From contig CALKCX010000008.1 in NCBI GenBank assembly GCA_938083015.1, forward strand, positions 11,196-75,195: a stretch of 64,000 nucleotides of DNA, read 5' to 3'. Origin of the DNA: an uncultured Candidatus Micrarchaeota archaeon. GTDB taxonomy: Archaea; Micrarchaeota; Micrarchaeia; Anstonellales; J096. How positions within the stretch are numbered: the first letter of the stretch is position 1; every line of letters starts with the position of its first letter. The notes beneath the pieces were generated by a model. The model made no database searches and was not told the origin of the DNA. It was given only the letters and a program-made list of their open reading frames with translations. Below, piece by piece: positions 29,653-38,757 of the stretch. The position numbers were made by a program, and so were the translations under genes.

Positions 29653-30398
29653 ATTATTATAAAGCTAGAAAAAGATATTACAGTATGTTGATATACATTA
29701 AAATCTATTCAGAAAAGAAGAATGTTGAAGAGCTAAATAATCTTAGCGAGGAGTTTCATAAACAAAAAGAATTAGTTATTGAAGACGAATTACCTTTGTT
29801 TGAAAGAATACTTGATATTGAAGATATGTTATTGAATTGTGATGAAGAACAGTTTAAAATACAATTTGAAAACAAATTAGGTGAATACTATCAAGCTTTG
29901 ATAGAGAGAGAAGAATTATATAAAAACATATTTGAAAAAACTCAAGTTATAAACATATTATATTCTATAGATCGGATAAGACCGATATTGATAAAGGGAA
30001 AACTTGATCAACCTTATGAAATAGAAAATCCAGATATATTGGAACCTTTACTAAATTACATAGGAATAAATGTTATTAGTAATGGTAATCAGTTAATTCC
30101 AGCTGAGCGTAATATGTATGAAATAATGATCAGTGCCCCCTATAAGTATTTAGTTAGATTAGATAAAAAAGAGTATGTTAAATCTATACTAGATGAGATA
30201 GATAGGGTACAATCGAAATTACAACTTGAAATAGCTTTAAGACAGATAGAAGATCCGGATAAAGATAGAGAAGAGGATTTTGTTAAAAACCAAGAATATT
30301 ATCTAGAACTTAGAAAGAAAATCGATAAATACGATTTAACATATCTAATTGAACAAGTTAGAACAGTTTTCAAACTTAACAGGGTTGATAACCAATAG
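29640..30398 (+). CDS. Hypothetical coiled-coil protein
   Basis: 252-aa charged helical ORF. Confidence 0.6.
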   Translation: MGFVNYYKARKRYYSMLIYIKIYSEKKNVEELNNLSEEFHKQKELVIEDELPLFERILDIEDMLLNCDEEQFKIQFENKLGEYYQALIEREELYKNIFEKTQVINILYSIDRIRPILIKGKLDQPYEIENPDILEPLLNYIGINVISNGNQLIPAERNMYEIMISAPYKYLVRLDKKEYVKSILDEIDRVQSKLQLEIALRQIEDPDKDREEDFVKNQEYYLELRKKIDKYDLTYLIEQVRTVFKLNRVDNQ

Positions 30399-30779
30399 TC
30401 TATTCTTAATATCCAATGTTCTCTTATCTTGAGAATCTATTTGAATTATATAATTGTCATTATCCAAATATATTTCCAATGTGCATAGTAGATTACTCGT
30501 ATTAATATTATTATAATAGCACCTATCTTTATCGTATACATAAACTTGTTTCACCATTTTTCCATAATTAAGACCGATCTGAGTAAGTAAATCGACTCCA
30601 CATTGATAGATCTTAATTGGATCATCATTTATTACATAAATTAAAATTAGATTTTTCTTATTCACAATATTTGATAGAGAATCTAATACAGAAACGTCTT
30701 TATTAATATCGTAGATATTCCAAAATAAATATATGAATGGTATGAGCAAGCTAATTATTATTTTCCACATATCTTTCAA
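30345..30779 (-). CDS. Membrane-anchored hypothetical protein
   Basis: N-terminal TM, four Cys in the ectodomain. Confidence 0.6.
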   Translation of the reverse strand: MKDMWKIIISLLIPFIYLFWNIYDINKDVSVLDSLSNIVNKKNLILIYVINDDPIKIYQCGVDLLTQIGLNYGKMVKQVYVYDKDRCYYNNINTSNLLCTLEIYLDNDNYIIQIDSQDKRTLDIKNRLLVINPVKFENCSNLFN

Positions 30780-32658
30780 GATCGCTTATTATGTATTTGC
30801 ATCTGTCCATATCGTTTAAATTTATATATACTTGAATCTGATTAATCGGATGCCCTAATATTATAATACTAGACTTATCCGTAGTAGTTCTTAATATTAA
30901 ACTATTAGCTTCTATCTGTTTACAATCAATCTCTAAATCTCTAGAAGTACATTTGTCGTTGTGTTTAATAAAATAGCTCATGTTTTTTACACAATCCTTT
31001 AATCTTTCTTCTTCAATAATTATAGATCCATTCATAGATTTGATCTCATTGTACATCTTGTATATGTTAATATTAGTTGGAATTAGAGAATAGTAAGCGT
31101 AAATTAGATTTGCTAGGACTAATATTATGTATAGAGAAAACACGTATCTTAATAGCTTTGCTTCGGTCAATACCGTTTTTATTATGTATATAAGAATGAA
31201 TATTAAAGATGATAATAGCAATGCTGTAGATATAGAAAGTACTACTCTTAACAAATCTGGACTAAGATTTACATATCTTGATATGTTTAAGTATACCCAG
31301 TATATGTTTACAAAATACCTTGGTTCAACATCGTCTTTTTTATATCTATTATTTATAAGATCAGTCAAATCTATCGTTTTATTTATTATAATATCTAAAT
31401 TATCGCCTAAAATAGGAGGCGTATATAATTTTATAGTATCATAATACCTTCTCGATATATCTTCATCGTTGGGGTTAATAGTAATATAGACAAAATACTT
31501 GCCTTTTAGCATATCTTCCATTTCTTTTAATTCTAATAATAATTTATTAGCATGTTCGATATTATCTAATAGTCTCTTTTCATAGAATTTGGCCTTATCA
31601 AGATAATAATCAAAATCGGTAACATTTCTATTATCCATCTTATTTTTTAATAGATTAATAGTTTCTCTATAATCTTGATAGTATTTAGTTAGATTTGAAA
31701 ATACTATATTGGCAATTACCTTATTGTATTTATTTGTAACATCATCAACTTTCTCCATTAATAATCTATAGCGAGGAAAAACGTCTTTTATCTTAAGATT
31801 CGTTTCATATATTTCTAATCTTACAGGTGTGTTTAATTGTATACTTTCAATTATATTATTCATATTCAATAATAAATCGGGTTCCATATCTTTGGTCTTA
31901 TTTAAAGCTTGATAAAGCTCAGAAGTATTATGAATTATAGGGAAACATATGTTATAACAGTCTGAACAAGTTCTACTAGTAGCAATTCTAAATCTAGTAT
32001 TCATCATTCTATCTGAAAGGTTTATCAATAATCTTATATCGGATTTTATACTGTTTAGCTCTTCTCTATATCTTGCTAGATCGATATTATCTGATAGTTT
32101 TTTAATAAGTCTTTCTATTATTGGGTCGATATTATAACTTGCATTCATAAAGTCGATTACCTGTGGTTTTACTTCATTAAACAGTCTTGCATCACAATCT
32201 AATGCATTTGGTCTACATATATAATAGGTAAGGCAATGATAATAATCATTCTGACATAATCCGACTTTAGGGATAAGTCCATCTCCAAGAGCTAATCTAC
32301 ATGCAAATTCTTCTACTTTGCCTAGATATTTGTATTTTGGATTAGTTTCATCGTATCTAGATATGTTATAAATCAATATTCGATTTATCAATTCAGTTCT
32401 TTTATCTTTAAGACTATTAAATTCATCTTGTGCCATCTTGGTTATTATATTACTAATAGTTTTATTATCCGTAATTACTTCATTACCACACTGTAAAAGA
32501 GAAGGTATATTGTTAATATACCATATTCTGCATTGTTTTCCATCGACTTGTTTTATTAGATCTTTTATACTAGTATTCTGTTCATTTGGAAGAAGATAAT
32601 CTCTTATACTTCCCCCTAATCCATATGATAATATTAGCGTTATTAATATTAGAAGCAT
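30751..32658 (-). CDS. Large Cys-rich, coiled-coil surface membrane protein
   Basis: Signal peptide MLLILITLILSYG (ATG 32658), Cys cluster, long helical region, two TM helices near the C-terminus. Confidence 0.65.
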   Translation of the reverse strand: MLLILITLILSYGLGGSIRDYLLPNEQNTSIKDLIKQVDGKQCRIWYINNIPSLLQCGNEVITDNKTISNIITKMAQDEFNSLKDKRTELINRILIYNISRYDETNPKYKYLGKVEEFACRLALGDGLIPKVGLCQNDYYHCLTYYICRPNALDCDARLFNEVKPQVIDFMNASYNIDPIIERLIKKLSDNIDLARYREELNSIKSDIRLLINLSDRMMNTRFRIATSRTCSDCYNICFPIIHNTSELYQALNKTKDMEPDLLLNMNNIIESIQLNTPVRLEIYETNLKIKDVFPRYRLLMEKVDDVTNKYNKVIANIVFSNLTKYYQDYRETINLLKNKMDNRNVTDFDYYLDKAKFYEKRLLDNIEHANKLLLELKEMEDMLKGKYFVYITINPNDEDISRRYYDTIKLYTPPILGDNLDIIINKTIDLTDLINNRYKKDDVEPRYFVNIYWVYLNISRYVNLSPDLLRVVLSISTALLLSSLIFILIYIIKTVLTEAKLLRYVFSLYIILVLANLIYAYYSLIPTNINIYKMYNEIKSMNGSIIIEEERLKDCVKNMSYFIKHNDKCTSRDLEIDCKQIEANSLILRTTTDKSSIIILGHPINQIQVYINLNDMDRCKYIISDLERYVENNN

Positions 32659-32709
32659 AATTAAAAATTTATATAAAGATTTAAAAATCATTCTATCTAT
32701 TAGATTATC

Positions 32710-33399
32710 ATGTATCCTAATACTCCACAACAAGCTTATGATAGGGCAATTACAGTTTTTAGTCCAGACGGTAGATTATTTCAAGTTGAATATGCAAGAG
32801 AAGCTGTTAGAAGAGGCTCACCTAGTGTAGGTGCAGTTTGTAAACAAGGTATTGTAATAGTAGCTGCTAAGAAAATAGAAAACAATTTAGTTGTTAAAGA
32901 TACTATACGTAAAATAGAGGTAATAAATGATAGATTGTTTTTAGCGACAGCAGGACTAGTAGCAGATACAAAGAGAGTATTAGATTATGTAAAAGATCTA
33001 TCAATAAGCTATAGAAATATGTTTAATGAAGATTCTTCACCTATATATATGGTAAAACAACTTTCTAATCTATTCCAAAGCTATACACAATATGGCGGAG
33101 TAAGACCATTTGGTATATCTATTCTTGTAGCTGGTTATCAAGATGATTCACCAGTATTATACGAAATAGATCCTTCTGGTGCTTATACTGGTTATTATGC
33201 AGTAGTCATTGGGGGAAAGAAGAAGGAAATTGAAGGTCAAATCGCCCCTAAATACGATTACAAGATGCCGATATCTAAATTAGAAGATCTTATAATATCT
33301 TCTATAAGATCAGTTGGTGATAAAGACGAATATAACTATCTCGAAGTTCTAATAAGTAAAGGCGGAAAACTTAGCTATGAATTAAAAGAACTAAAATGA
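32710..33399 (+). CDS. psmA: Proteasome alpha subunit
   Basis: YDRAITVFSPDGRLFQVEYAREAV, YTQYGGVRPFG, DPSG. Confidence 0.97.
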   Translation: MYPNTPQQAYDRAITVFSPDGRLFQVEYAREAVRRGSPSVGAVCKQGIVIVAAKKIENNLVVKDTIRKIEVINDRLFLATAGLVADTKRVLDYVKDLSISYRNMFNEDSSPIYMVKQLSNLFQSYTQYGGVRPFGISILVAGYQDDSPVLYEIDPSGAYTGYYAVVIGGKKKEIEGQIAPKYDYKMPISKLEDLIISSIRSVGDKDEYNYLEVLISKGGKLSYELKELK

Positions 33400-34379
33400 T
33401 CTTCTCTCCAGATATAGGTAGATTTGAAAGACATCTATCAATATCTGTATTTTCACATACGTTAAATTATTCTGACGGACTATTTGAAGGTATGAGTTTA
33501 GTAATCAAAGATAGGGTGTCTTTATTTCATCCTGAATTGAATTATGAGAGAATGCAATATGGTGCAGAAGTGTTAAATTATGATTACAAAATAGATACTA
33601 TTAAGGCAATTAATACAGTATTTTATCTATATTTAATGAATAACATAAATAGTAAGAGAGTATACGTAAGACCATTACTTTACATGGATAATAATTCTGT
33701 TAGTCTTAGAGCCAGAGAAGAATATAAGTTAATGCATTACCTAATGCCTATGGGAGAATATATTGAAAAAGACGGTCTAAAGGTGATCACATCTAATATA
33801 ACAAGAGAATTACCATTTGCTAGATTAAAAGTCGTTAGTAATTATCAATTATCTAAATACGCTTTAAGGACTATGCCTAAAGGTTTTGATGAAGTAGTCT
33901 TTCTAGATAGAAATGGTAAAATAATAGAAGGATCAGGAGAGAATATTGTGTTTATAAAAGACAATACATTATATACGGATAGACAAAATTCTCTTCCAGG
34001 TATAACTTTGAGATTTGTAATTGCAATAGCTAAACAATTAGGGGTTGATGTAAAATACGATTCGTTTAGACCGGATGAACTTGACGATGTTATGATGTTC
34101 ATGACTGGTAATGCAATAGGAGTAAAAGCTGTTAGCGAGGTATATCACAATGGTAAATCTTATGTAATAGATGGTGATAGAGATATTTTCAACAAAATTA
34201 AGACAGAATATGAAAAGATATTTTACGGACAAGACGAACAATACCATATGTTCTTAGATGAATTTATTGATATAGATAAATATAGACAGGGAAAGATTGA
34301 TTTAAACAATAAACCAGAAAGGTATGAGAAAGTTGTAAAAGAGAATTTAGAATATCTAGGTATTAAAAGATTTAGGTAG
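33396..34379 (+). CDS. PLP fold-type IV aminotransferase (IlvE-like)
   Basis: LNY..GLFEG, Y.RP, K...NY, EGSGENI, LPGIT. Confidence 0.88.
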   Translation: MIFSPDIGRFERHLSISVFSHTLNYSDGLFEGMSLVIKDRVSLFHPELNYERMQYGAEVLNYDYKIDTIKAINTVFYLYLMNNINSKRVYVRPLLYMDNNSVSLRAREEYKLMHYLMPMGEYIEKDGLKVITSNITRELPFARLKVVSNYQLSKYALRTMPKGFDEVVFLDRNGKIIEGSGENIVFIKDNTLYTDRQNSLPGITLRFVIAIAKQLGVDVKYDSFRPDELDDVMMFMTGNAIGVKAVSEVYHNGKSYVIDGDRDIFNKIKTEYEKIFYGQDEQYHMFLDEFIDIDKYRQGKIDLNNKPERYEKVVKENLEYLGIKRFR

Positions 34380-34745
34380 ATATTTTTTTAGATTGTCCCA
34401 TTGTTTACCTCTCCAATAGTATCTATGACATTTAGGACAATAATATTTATTCGATATTTTATCTAATTTTACATTACATAGATAACAATATGGGTTGTCT
34501 ATATCTAATTTTATTCCTAAACTAACTAATTTTTCAATAATCTTTCTTAGATCTTTTTCTTCAACATATATTGAATTTGACCATCTAATACTAAGCTCAC
34601 GATCAGAAGTTATTAAAATATCATCTTTGTTTAGCATTTTCAATATCTGATTATCGTCTAAACTTGGATTTAAATATATGCAGCTAACTCCAAATACTCT
34701 TAAAATTCTAGCTAATTTGCCATGCATAGAATCTATGTATATCAT
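34356..34745 (-). CDS. Mut7-C PIN-type RNase domain protein
   Basis: IDSMHGKLARILR..G, LITSDREL, C..CN...CPKC..YYW.G. Confidence 0.9.
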   Translation of the reverse strand: MIYIDSMHGKLARILRVFGVSCIYLNPSLDDNQILKMLNKDDILITSDRELSIRWSNSIYVEEKDLRKIIEKLVSLGIKLDIDNPYCYLCNVKLDKISNKYYCPKCHRYYWRGKQWDNLKKYLPKSFNT

Positions 34746-35449
34746 TTGAATAATTTAGAATATACTTCCATTATACTTAGTTGATCTCTATAAAATTCAT
34801 AATCTTTTACTCGTCCAATATCAGTCCAATATTCATCAGATACATAATGACCTATTTTTTTACCATCTTTTAGTAATTTTGGAAAAACATCTTTTGCAAA
34901 ATCATCTCCTATTTTTATATAATTGAATATCTCTTTGTTTAATACATAAATGCCGGTGTTTATATAATATTGGTATGTAGGTTTTTCATCAAATCCAACT
35001 ATGAATTCTTGTTCTACCTTTGCTACTCCGTATTCTATGATTACATTATAAGGTTTTAAAGCAATAGTAGCTATTACATTACTCTTAATATGTTTATTAT
35101 ACATATCCATAACGTCTATCGTAGTAATATGATCCCCCATTAATACTATGAAATTCTCTTCTAATACATTTTTCATTTTTAATAAACATCCAGCTGTTCC
35201 TTCTAGCTCTTTTTCTCTATAATATTCTATTTTTATCCCGTTCCATTCTGATCCTAAATAATCTTCTATCATATGACCAAGATGACCTATAGCTATAATT
35301 ACTTTATCTAAACCTGCTCTTTTAACATTTCCTAGCACATATTCAATTAATGTTTTACTTCCCAATCTTACCAATGGTTTAGGTAGATTCTCTGTATAAG
35401 GTCTTAATCTTGTACCTTTGCCTCCTGCTAAGATTATAACTTTATGCAT
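34742..35449 (-). CDS. NDP-sugar nucleotidyltransferase
   Basis: LAGGKGTRLRPYT..LPKPL, GTAG, EKP, W.DIG. Confidence 0.92.
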   Translation of the reverse strand: MHKVIILAGGKGTRLRPYTENLPKPLVRLGSKTLIEYVLGNVKRAGLDKVIIAIGHLGHMIEDYLGSEWNGIKIEYYREKELEGTAGCLLKMKNVLEENFIVLMGDHITTIDVMDMYNKHIKSNVIATIALKPYNVIIEYGVAKVEQEFIVGFDEKPTYQYYINTGIYVLNKEIFNYIKIGDDFAKDVFPKLLKDGKKIGHYVSDEYWTDIGRVKDYEFYRDQLSIMEVYSKLFK

Positions 35450-35498
35450 AGATAAATTATAAGATAGTTTTTTAAAAATAGATTAAAAGTATATTGAC

Positions 35499-36227
35499 AT
35501 GATAATACAAAATGTTAAAGTCACAGTTGATCAAAAGACAATATTGGATGGACTTAATATGTCTATAGAAGATATTGATGTAATCATGGGCCCAAATGGG
35601 TCTGGAAAAAGTACATTGAGTAAAGCTATAATCGGCGATCCAATTTATCAAGTAGAAGGTCAAATAATAATTAATGGAGAAAACATATTAGAATACAAGA
35701 TGAATGAGAGAGTTAATAAATTTGGAATATTTTTATCTTTTCAATCCCCTCCATATCTTGAAGGTATATCTTTAAGACAGTTACTTAAAAAAATATATTA
35801 TAGACGTATGGGGTACCAAGAAAGAGATCTTAGTAAGATTAAAGAATTCAATGAAGAATTAGATAAATGGTTATCTGTTTTAGGAATAAATAGAGAGTTT
35901 GTTGATAGAGAAGTAAATAAAGATCTATCTGGAGGAGAGAAGAAGAAAAGTGAGACATTGCAGCTTCTTATGTTTAGGCCCAGAATATTAATATTGGATG
36001 AAATCGATTCAGGATTAGATATAGATTCTTTAAGACGTATTACAGAAGCTATAAATATCTATTATAATTTGCATAAACCTAAGATATTGATTATAACTCA
36101 TTATAATAGAATACTTAAATACATAATACCTAAAAGAGTGCATATAATGAAGAATGGTAGAATTGTAAAAACTTCGGGTCCAGAATTGATAGAAGAAGTT
36201 GAAACCTATGGATACGATCATTTCTGA
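35499..36227 (+). CDS. sufC: Fe-S assembly ATPase SufC
   Basis: MGPNGSGKSTL, FQ.P, R.VN..LSGGEKK, LDEIDSGLDID, ITHY.RIL. Confidence 0.95.
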   Translation: MIIQNVKVTVDQKTILDGLNMSIEDIDVIMGPNGSGKSTLSKAIIGDPIYQVEGQIIINGENILEYKMNERVNKFGIFLSFQSPPYLEGISLRQLLKKIYYRRMGYQERDLSKIKEFNEELDKWLSVLGINREFVDREVNKDLSGGEKKKSETLQLLMFRPRILILDEIDSGLDIDSLRRITEAINIYYNLHKPKILIITHYNRILKYIIPKRVHIMKNGRIVKTSGPELIEEVETYGYDHF

Positions 36228-37314
36228 TTTCCCCATATTTTATAAATACCCGGATTTAATCTATTTAGATAATGCGGCAACTACTCAAAAACCAAAACAG
36301 GTAATAGAAGCTTTAGAAGAATTTTACTATAATTATAATTCGAATATACATCGCGGAGTTTATAGATTAAGTGAAATAGCTACTGAAGTATATGAAAAGG
36401 CCAGAGAGAGGGTAGCTCAATACATACATGCTGATCCAGATCAAATAGTATTTGTAAAGAATGCTACAGAGGCCTTGAATATAGCTATATATAATCTTAG
36501 AGATCGATTTATTCATACTTCTTATTATGAACATCACAGTATGTTATTGCCCATATATAGATACGCTAAAGGTTATAAATTGTGTGAAAACATAGAAGAT
36601 ATAAAAGCAGATACTATAGCTATTACTCATGCTAGTAATGTTACTGGTAAAATATACGATGTTAAATTAGTAAGAGAAAACAATATAAAAGCTACAATAA
36701 TAGTAGATGGGGCCCAGTATGTTCCACATTACAAACCAGATATGAAAAAAATGGATGTTGATATGTATGCCTTTTCTTCTCATAAGATGCTTGGTCCTAC
36801 TGGATTAGGCGTATTGTATATCAAAGATCCCTATAGATATGAACCTTTGTTATTAGGTGGGGGAATTGTTAGTAATGTTACCGATAGTATGTATAGACTA
36901 TTGGATAATATTGAAAGGTATGAAGCAGGAACACCGCCTATAGCTGAAGCATATGCATTTACAGTAGCATTATCTTATTTAGAATCAAAACTAGACGTAT
37001 TACATAGATTAGATCAAGAGATTATAAGAAAATCTACATCTCTATTTGAAGAATACGATATTAGACCTATAAATACAGATCAAGATATACCTATATTTTC
37101 GTTTTATTTTAAAAATATACATGCACATGATGTTGCAGAGATGTTAGATAATTATAACATATGCGTTAGATCTGGGTATCATTGTGCTCAGCCTTTACAC
37201 GAATACTTAAATATCGGACCTACTGTAAGAGCTAGTTTTTATATTTATAATAACATATATCAATTAGAAAAATTAGTAAAGACTTTAAAACAAATAGTTA
37301 AGATATTTAAATGA
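36208..37314 (+). CDS. sufS: Cysteine desulfurase SufS
   Basis: YLDNAATTQKP, NIHRG, EHHS, FSSHKMLGPTG, RSGYHCAQP, RASFY.YN. Confidence 0.95.
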   Translation: MDTIISDFPIFYKYPDLIYLDNAATTQKPKQVIEALEEFYYNYNSNIHRGVYRLSEIATEVYEKARERVAQYIHADPDQIVFVKNATEALNIAIYNLRDRFIHTSYYEHHSMLLPIYRYAKGYKLCENIEDIKADTIAITHASNVTGKIYDVKLVRENNIKATIIVDGAQYVPHYKPDMKKMDVDMYAFSSHKMLGPTGLGVLYIKDPYRYEPLLLGGGIVSNVTDSMYRLLDNIERYEAGTPPIAEAYAFTVALSYLESKLDVLHRLDQEIIRKSTSLFEEYDIRPINTDQDIPIFSFYFKNIHAHDVAEMLDNYNICVRSGYHCAQPLHEYLNIGPTVRASFYIYNNIYQLEKLVKTLKQIVKIFK

Positions 37315-37694
37315 TGAACCTGTATAGAGACGATATTATAGCTATATATAAAAATCCACTTAAAATGGGCAAACTTCAAGATTATGATCTTGTATTAGAA
37401 GGAGAAAATGGAAGCTGTGGTGATAAAATTAAGATATATATCAAGTTAGACGGGGATAGAATTGATAAAATATCTTTTGAAGGACAAGGGTGTGTTATTA
37501 GCATAGTCTCAACCGATTTATTATTACAATATATTGAAGGTAAGAGTATTATGCAAATTCAAGATATTGAAGAAGAAGATATGTACGTATTAGTTGGTAT
37601 AGATCTATCTGAAAATCCATCTAGGAAGAAGTGTATGATGCTATCCTTAGAGACTTTACGAAAGTTGACAATTCCAAATTCCGATTCTGTTTGA
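37311..37694 (+). CDS. sufU: SufU/NifU-like Fe-S scaffold or sulfur acceptor
   Basis: N.SCGD, GCVIS, R.KC. Confidence 0.92.
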   Translation: MMNLYRDDIIAIYKNPLKMGKLQDYDLVLEGENGSCGDKIKIYIKLDGDRIDKISFEGQGCVISIVSTDLLLQYIEGKSIMQIQDIEEEDMYVLVGIDLSENPSRKKCMMLSLETLRKLTIPNSDSV

Positions 37695-38165
37695 TCTAGC
37701 TTTTTGTTCTAATTCTAAACATTGTCCTGTATAGGAATCTCTTGAAGATCTATAATAACAGAATGCAAGTCCTTGCTCTACCATAATCAATCCTAAGACT
37801 TGAGTTTCTGTCATAAATATAGCTAATGTTCTATTGTATTTATCTTTTTTACCATTGGTCTTTACGTATTTTATATTTTTTTCAACAAAATCCATAGCTA
37901 ATCTAGCATAGGTTTCCATACAGCTTTTATTTAAATCGAATTCTTTTACCCATCTATCTTTTTGATTTTTACCTATCTCAGGTGCATCGATAATCATATC
38001 TCTGTAAACAACACCATTTATTTCAACAGTATCTCCGTCTATAATTCTATAATTGTTATTTAAATATACCTTTTCATATACTTCTGTTGATATGAATAAA
38101 ATTGCTATTAATACTATCGTCAATATAAAAACCAGTAATAGAATTAGACCAAGCTCATTTCCCAA
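37656..38165 (-). CDS. Membrane-anchored thermonuclease (SNase-like)
   Basis: N-terminal TM; IIDGDT, IDAPE, DKYNRTLA, G.A, A....GIW. Confidence 0.9.
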   Translation of the reverse strand: MGNELGLILLLVFILTIVLIAILFISTEVYEKVYLNNNYRIIDGDTVEINGVVYRDMIIDAPEIGKNQKDRWVKEFDLNKSCMETYARLAMDFVEKNIKYVKTNGKKDKYNRTLAIFMTETQVLGLIMVEQGLAFCYYRSSRDSYTGQCLELEQKARSNRIGIWNCQLS

Positions 38166-38728
38166 ATATCTTCACCTATTTTTGCGTAGACTTTAGAATT
38201 TTTCCTATCTATTCCTATTATAGTTGGAAAATTATCAAAATAATAAAACCACCCCATAATTCTTATTATTTCTCCTTCGTGACCTATATTTATCGAACCT
38301 TGGTATTTAGAGCTTAACCAGATAGTAAAAGGGTTTATTTGAATAGGGTAGCCATTTGTCACATTTAAAAAAGCTTCTTTGACTGTCTGATAATAATCTA
38401 ATATCTCGGTTTCATAATTGGCAATTGAAACTCGATAGAGAAGTTTCTTTAATTGTTCTGTCTTTATATCATAAGGTACTAATACACTTATCACCATAGG
38501 ATGCTTTTCATACAATATAACTATTTTTCCATTTCTAGTTTCATAAGATCTAAATCTTTCAAGTATTTCTTCTGGTTTAATTCTAGATAAATGCATTGCG
38601 TATCTTAATTCATTCATACTATTTTTACCATCCGGTATAGGTGTTATCTCTCCTTCTCTCTTTTTTCTTTCAAATTGATATTGTGGTATAGGTTTTAATT
38701 GCCATTGAGGAGGCGTACTAATTCTCAT
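38144..38728 (-). CDS. Hypothetical protein (orphan)
   Basis: 194-aa ORF between the secretion ATPase and the nuclease. Confidence 0.6.
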   Translation of the reverse strand: MRISTPPQWQLKPIPQYQFERKKREGEITPIPDGKNSMNELRYAMHLSRIKPEEILERFRSYETRNGKIVILYEKHPMVISVLVPYDIKTEQLKKLLYRVSIANYETEILDYYQTVKEAFLNVTNGYPIQINPFTIWLSSKYQGSINIGHEGEIIRIMGWFYYFDNFPTIIGIDRKNSKVYAKIGEDIWEMSLV

Positions 38729-38757
38729 ATTTAATATTATTTAGAATGTTTTAAAAA

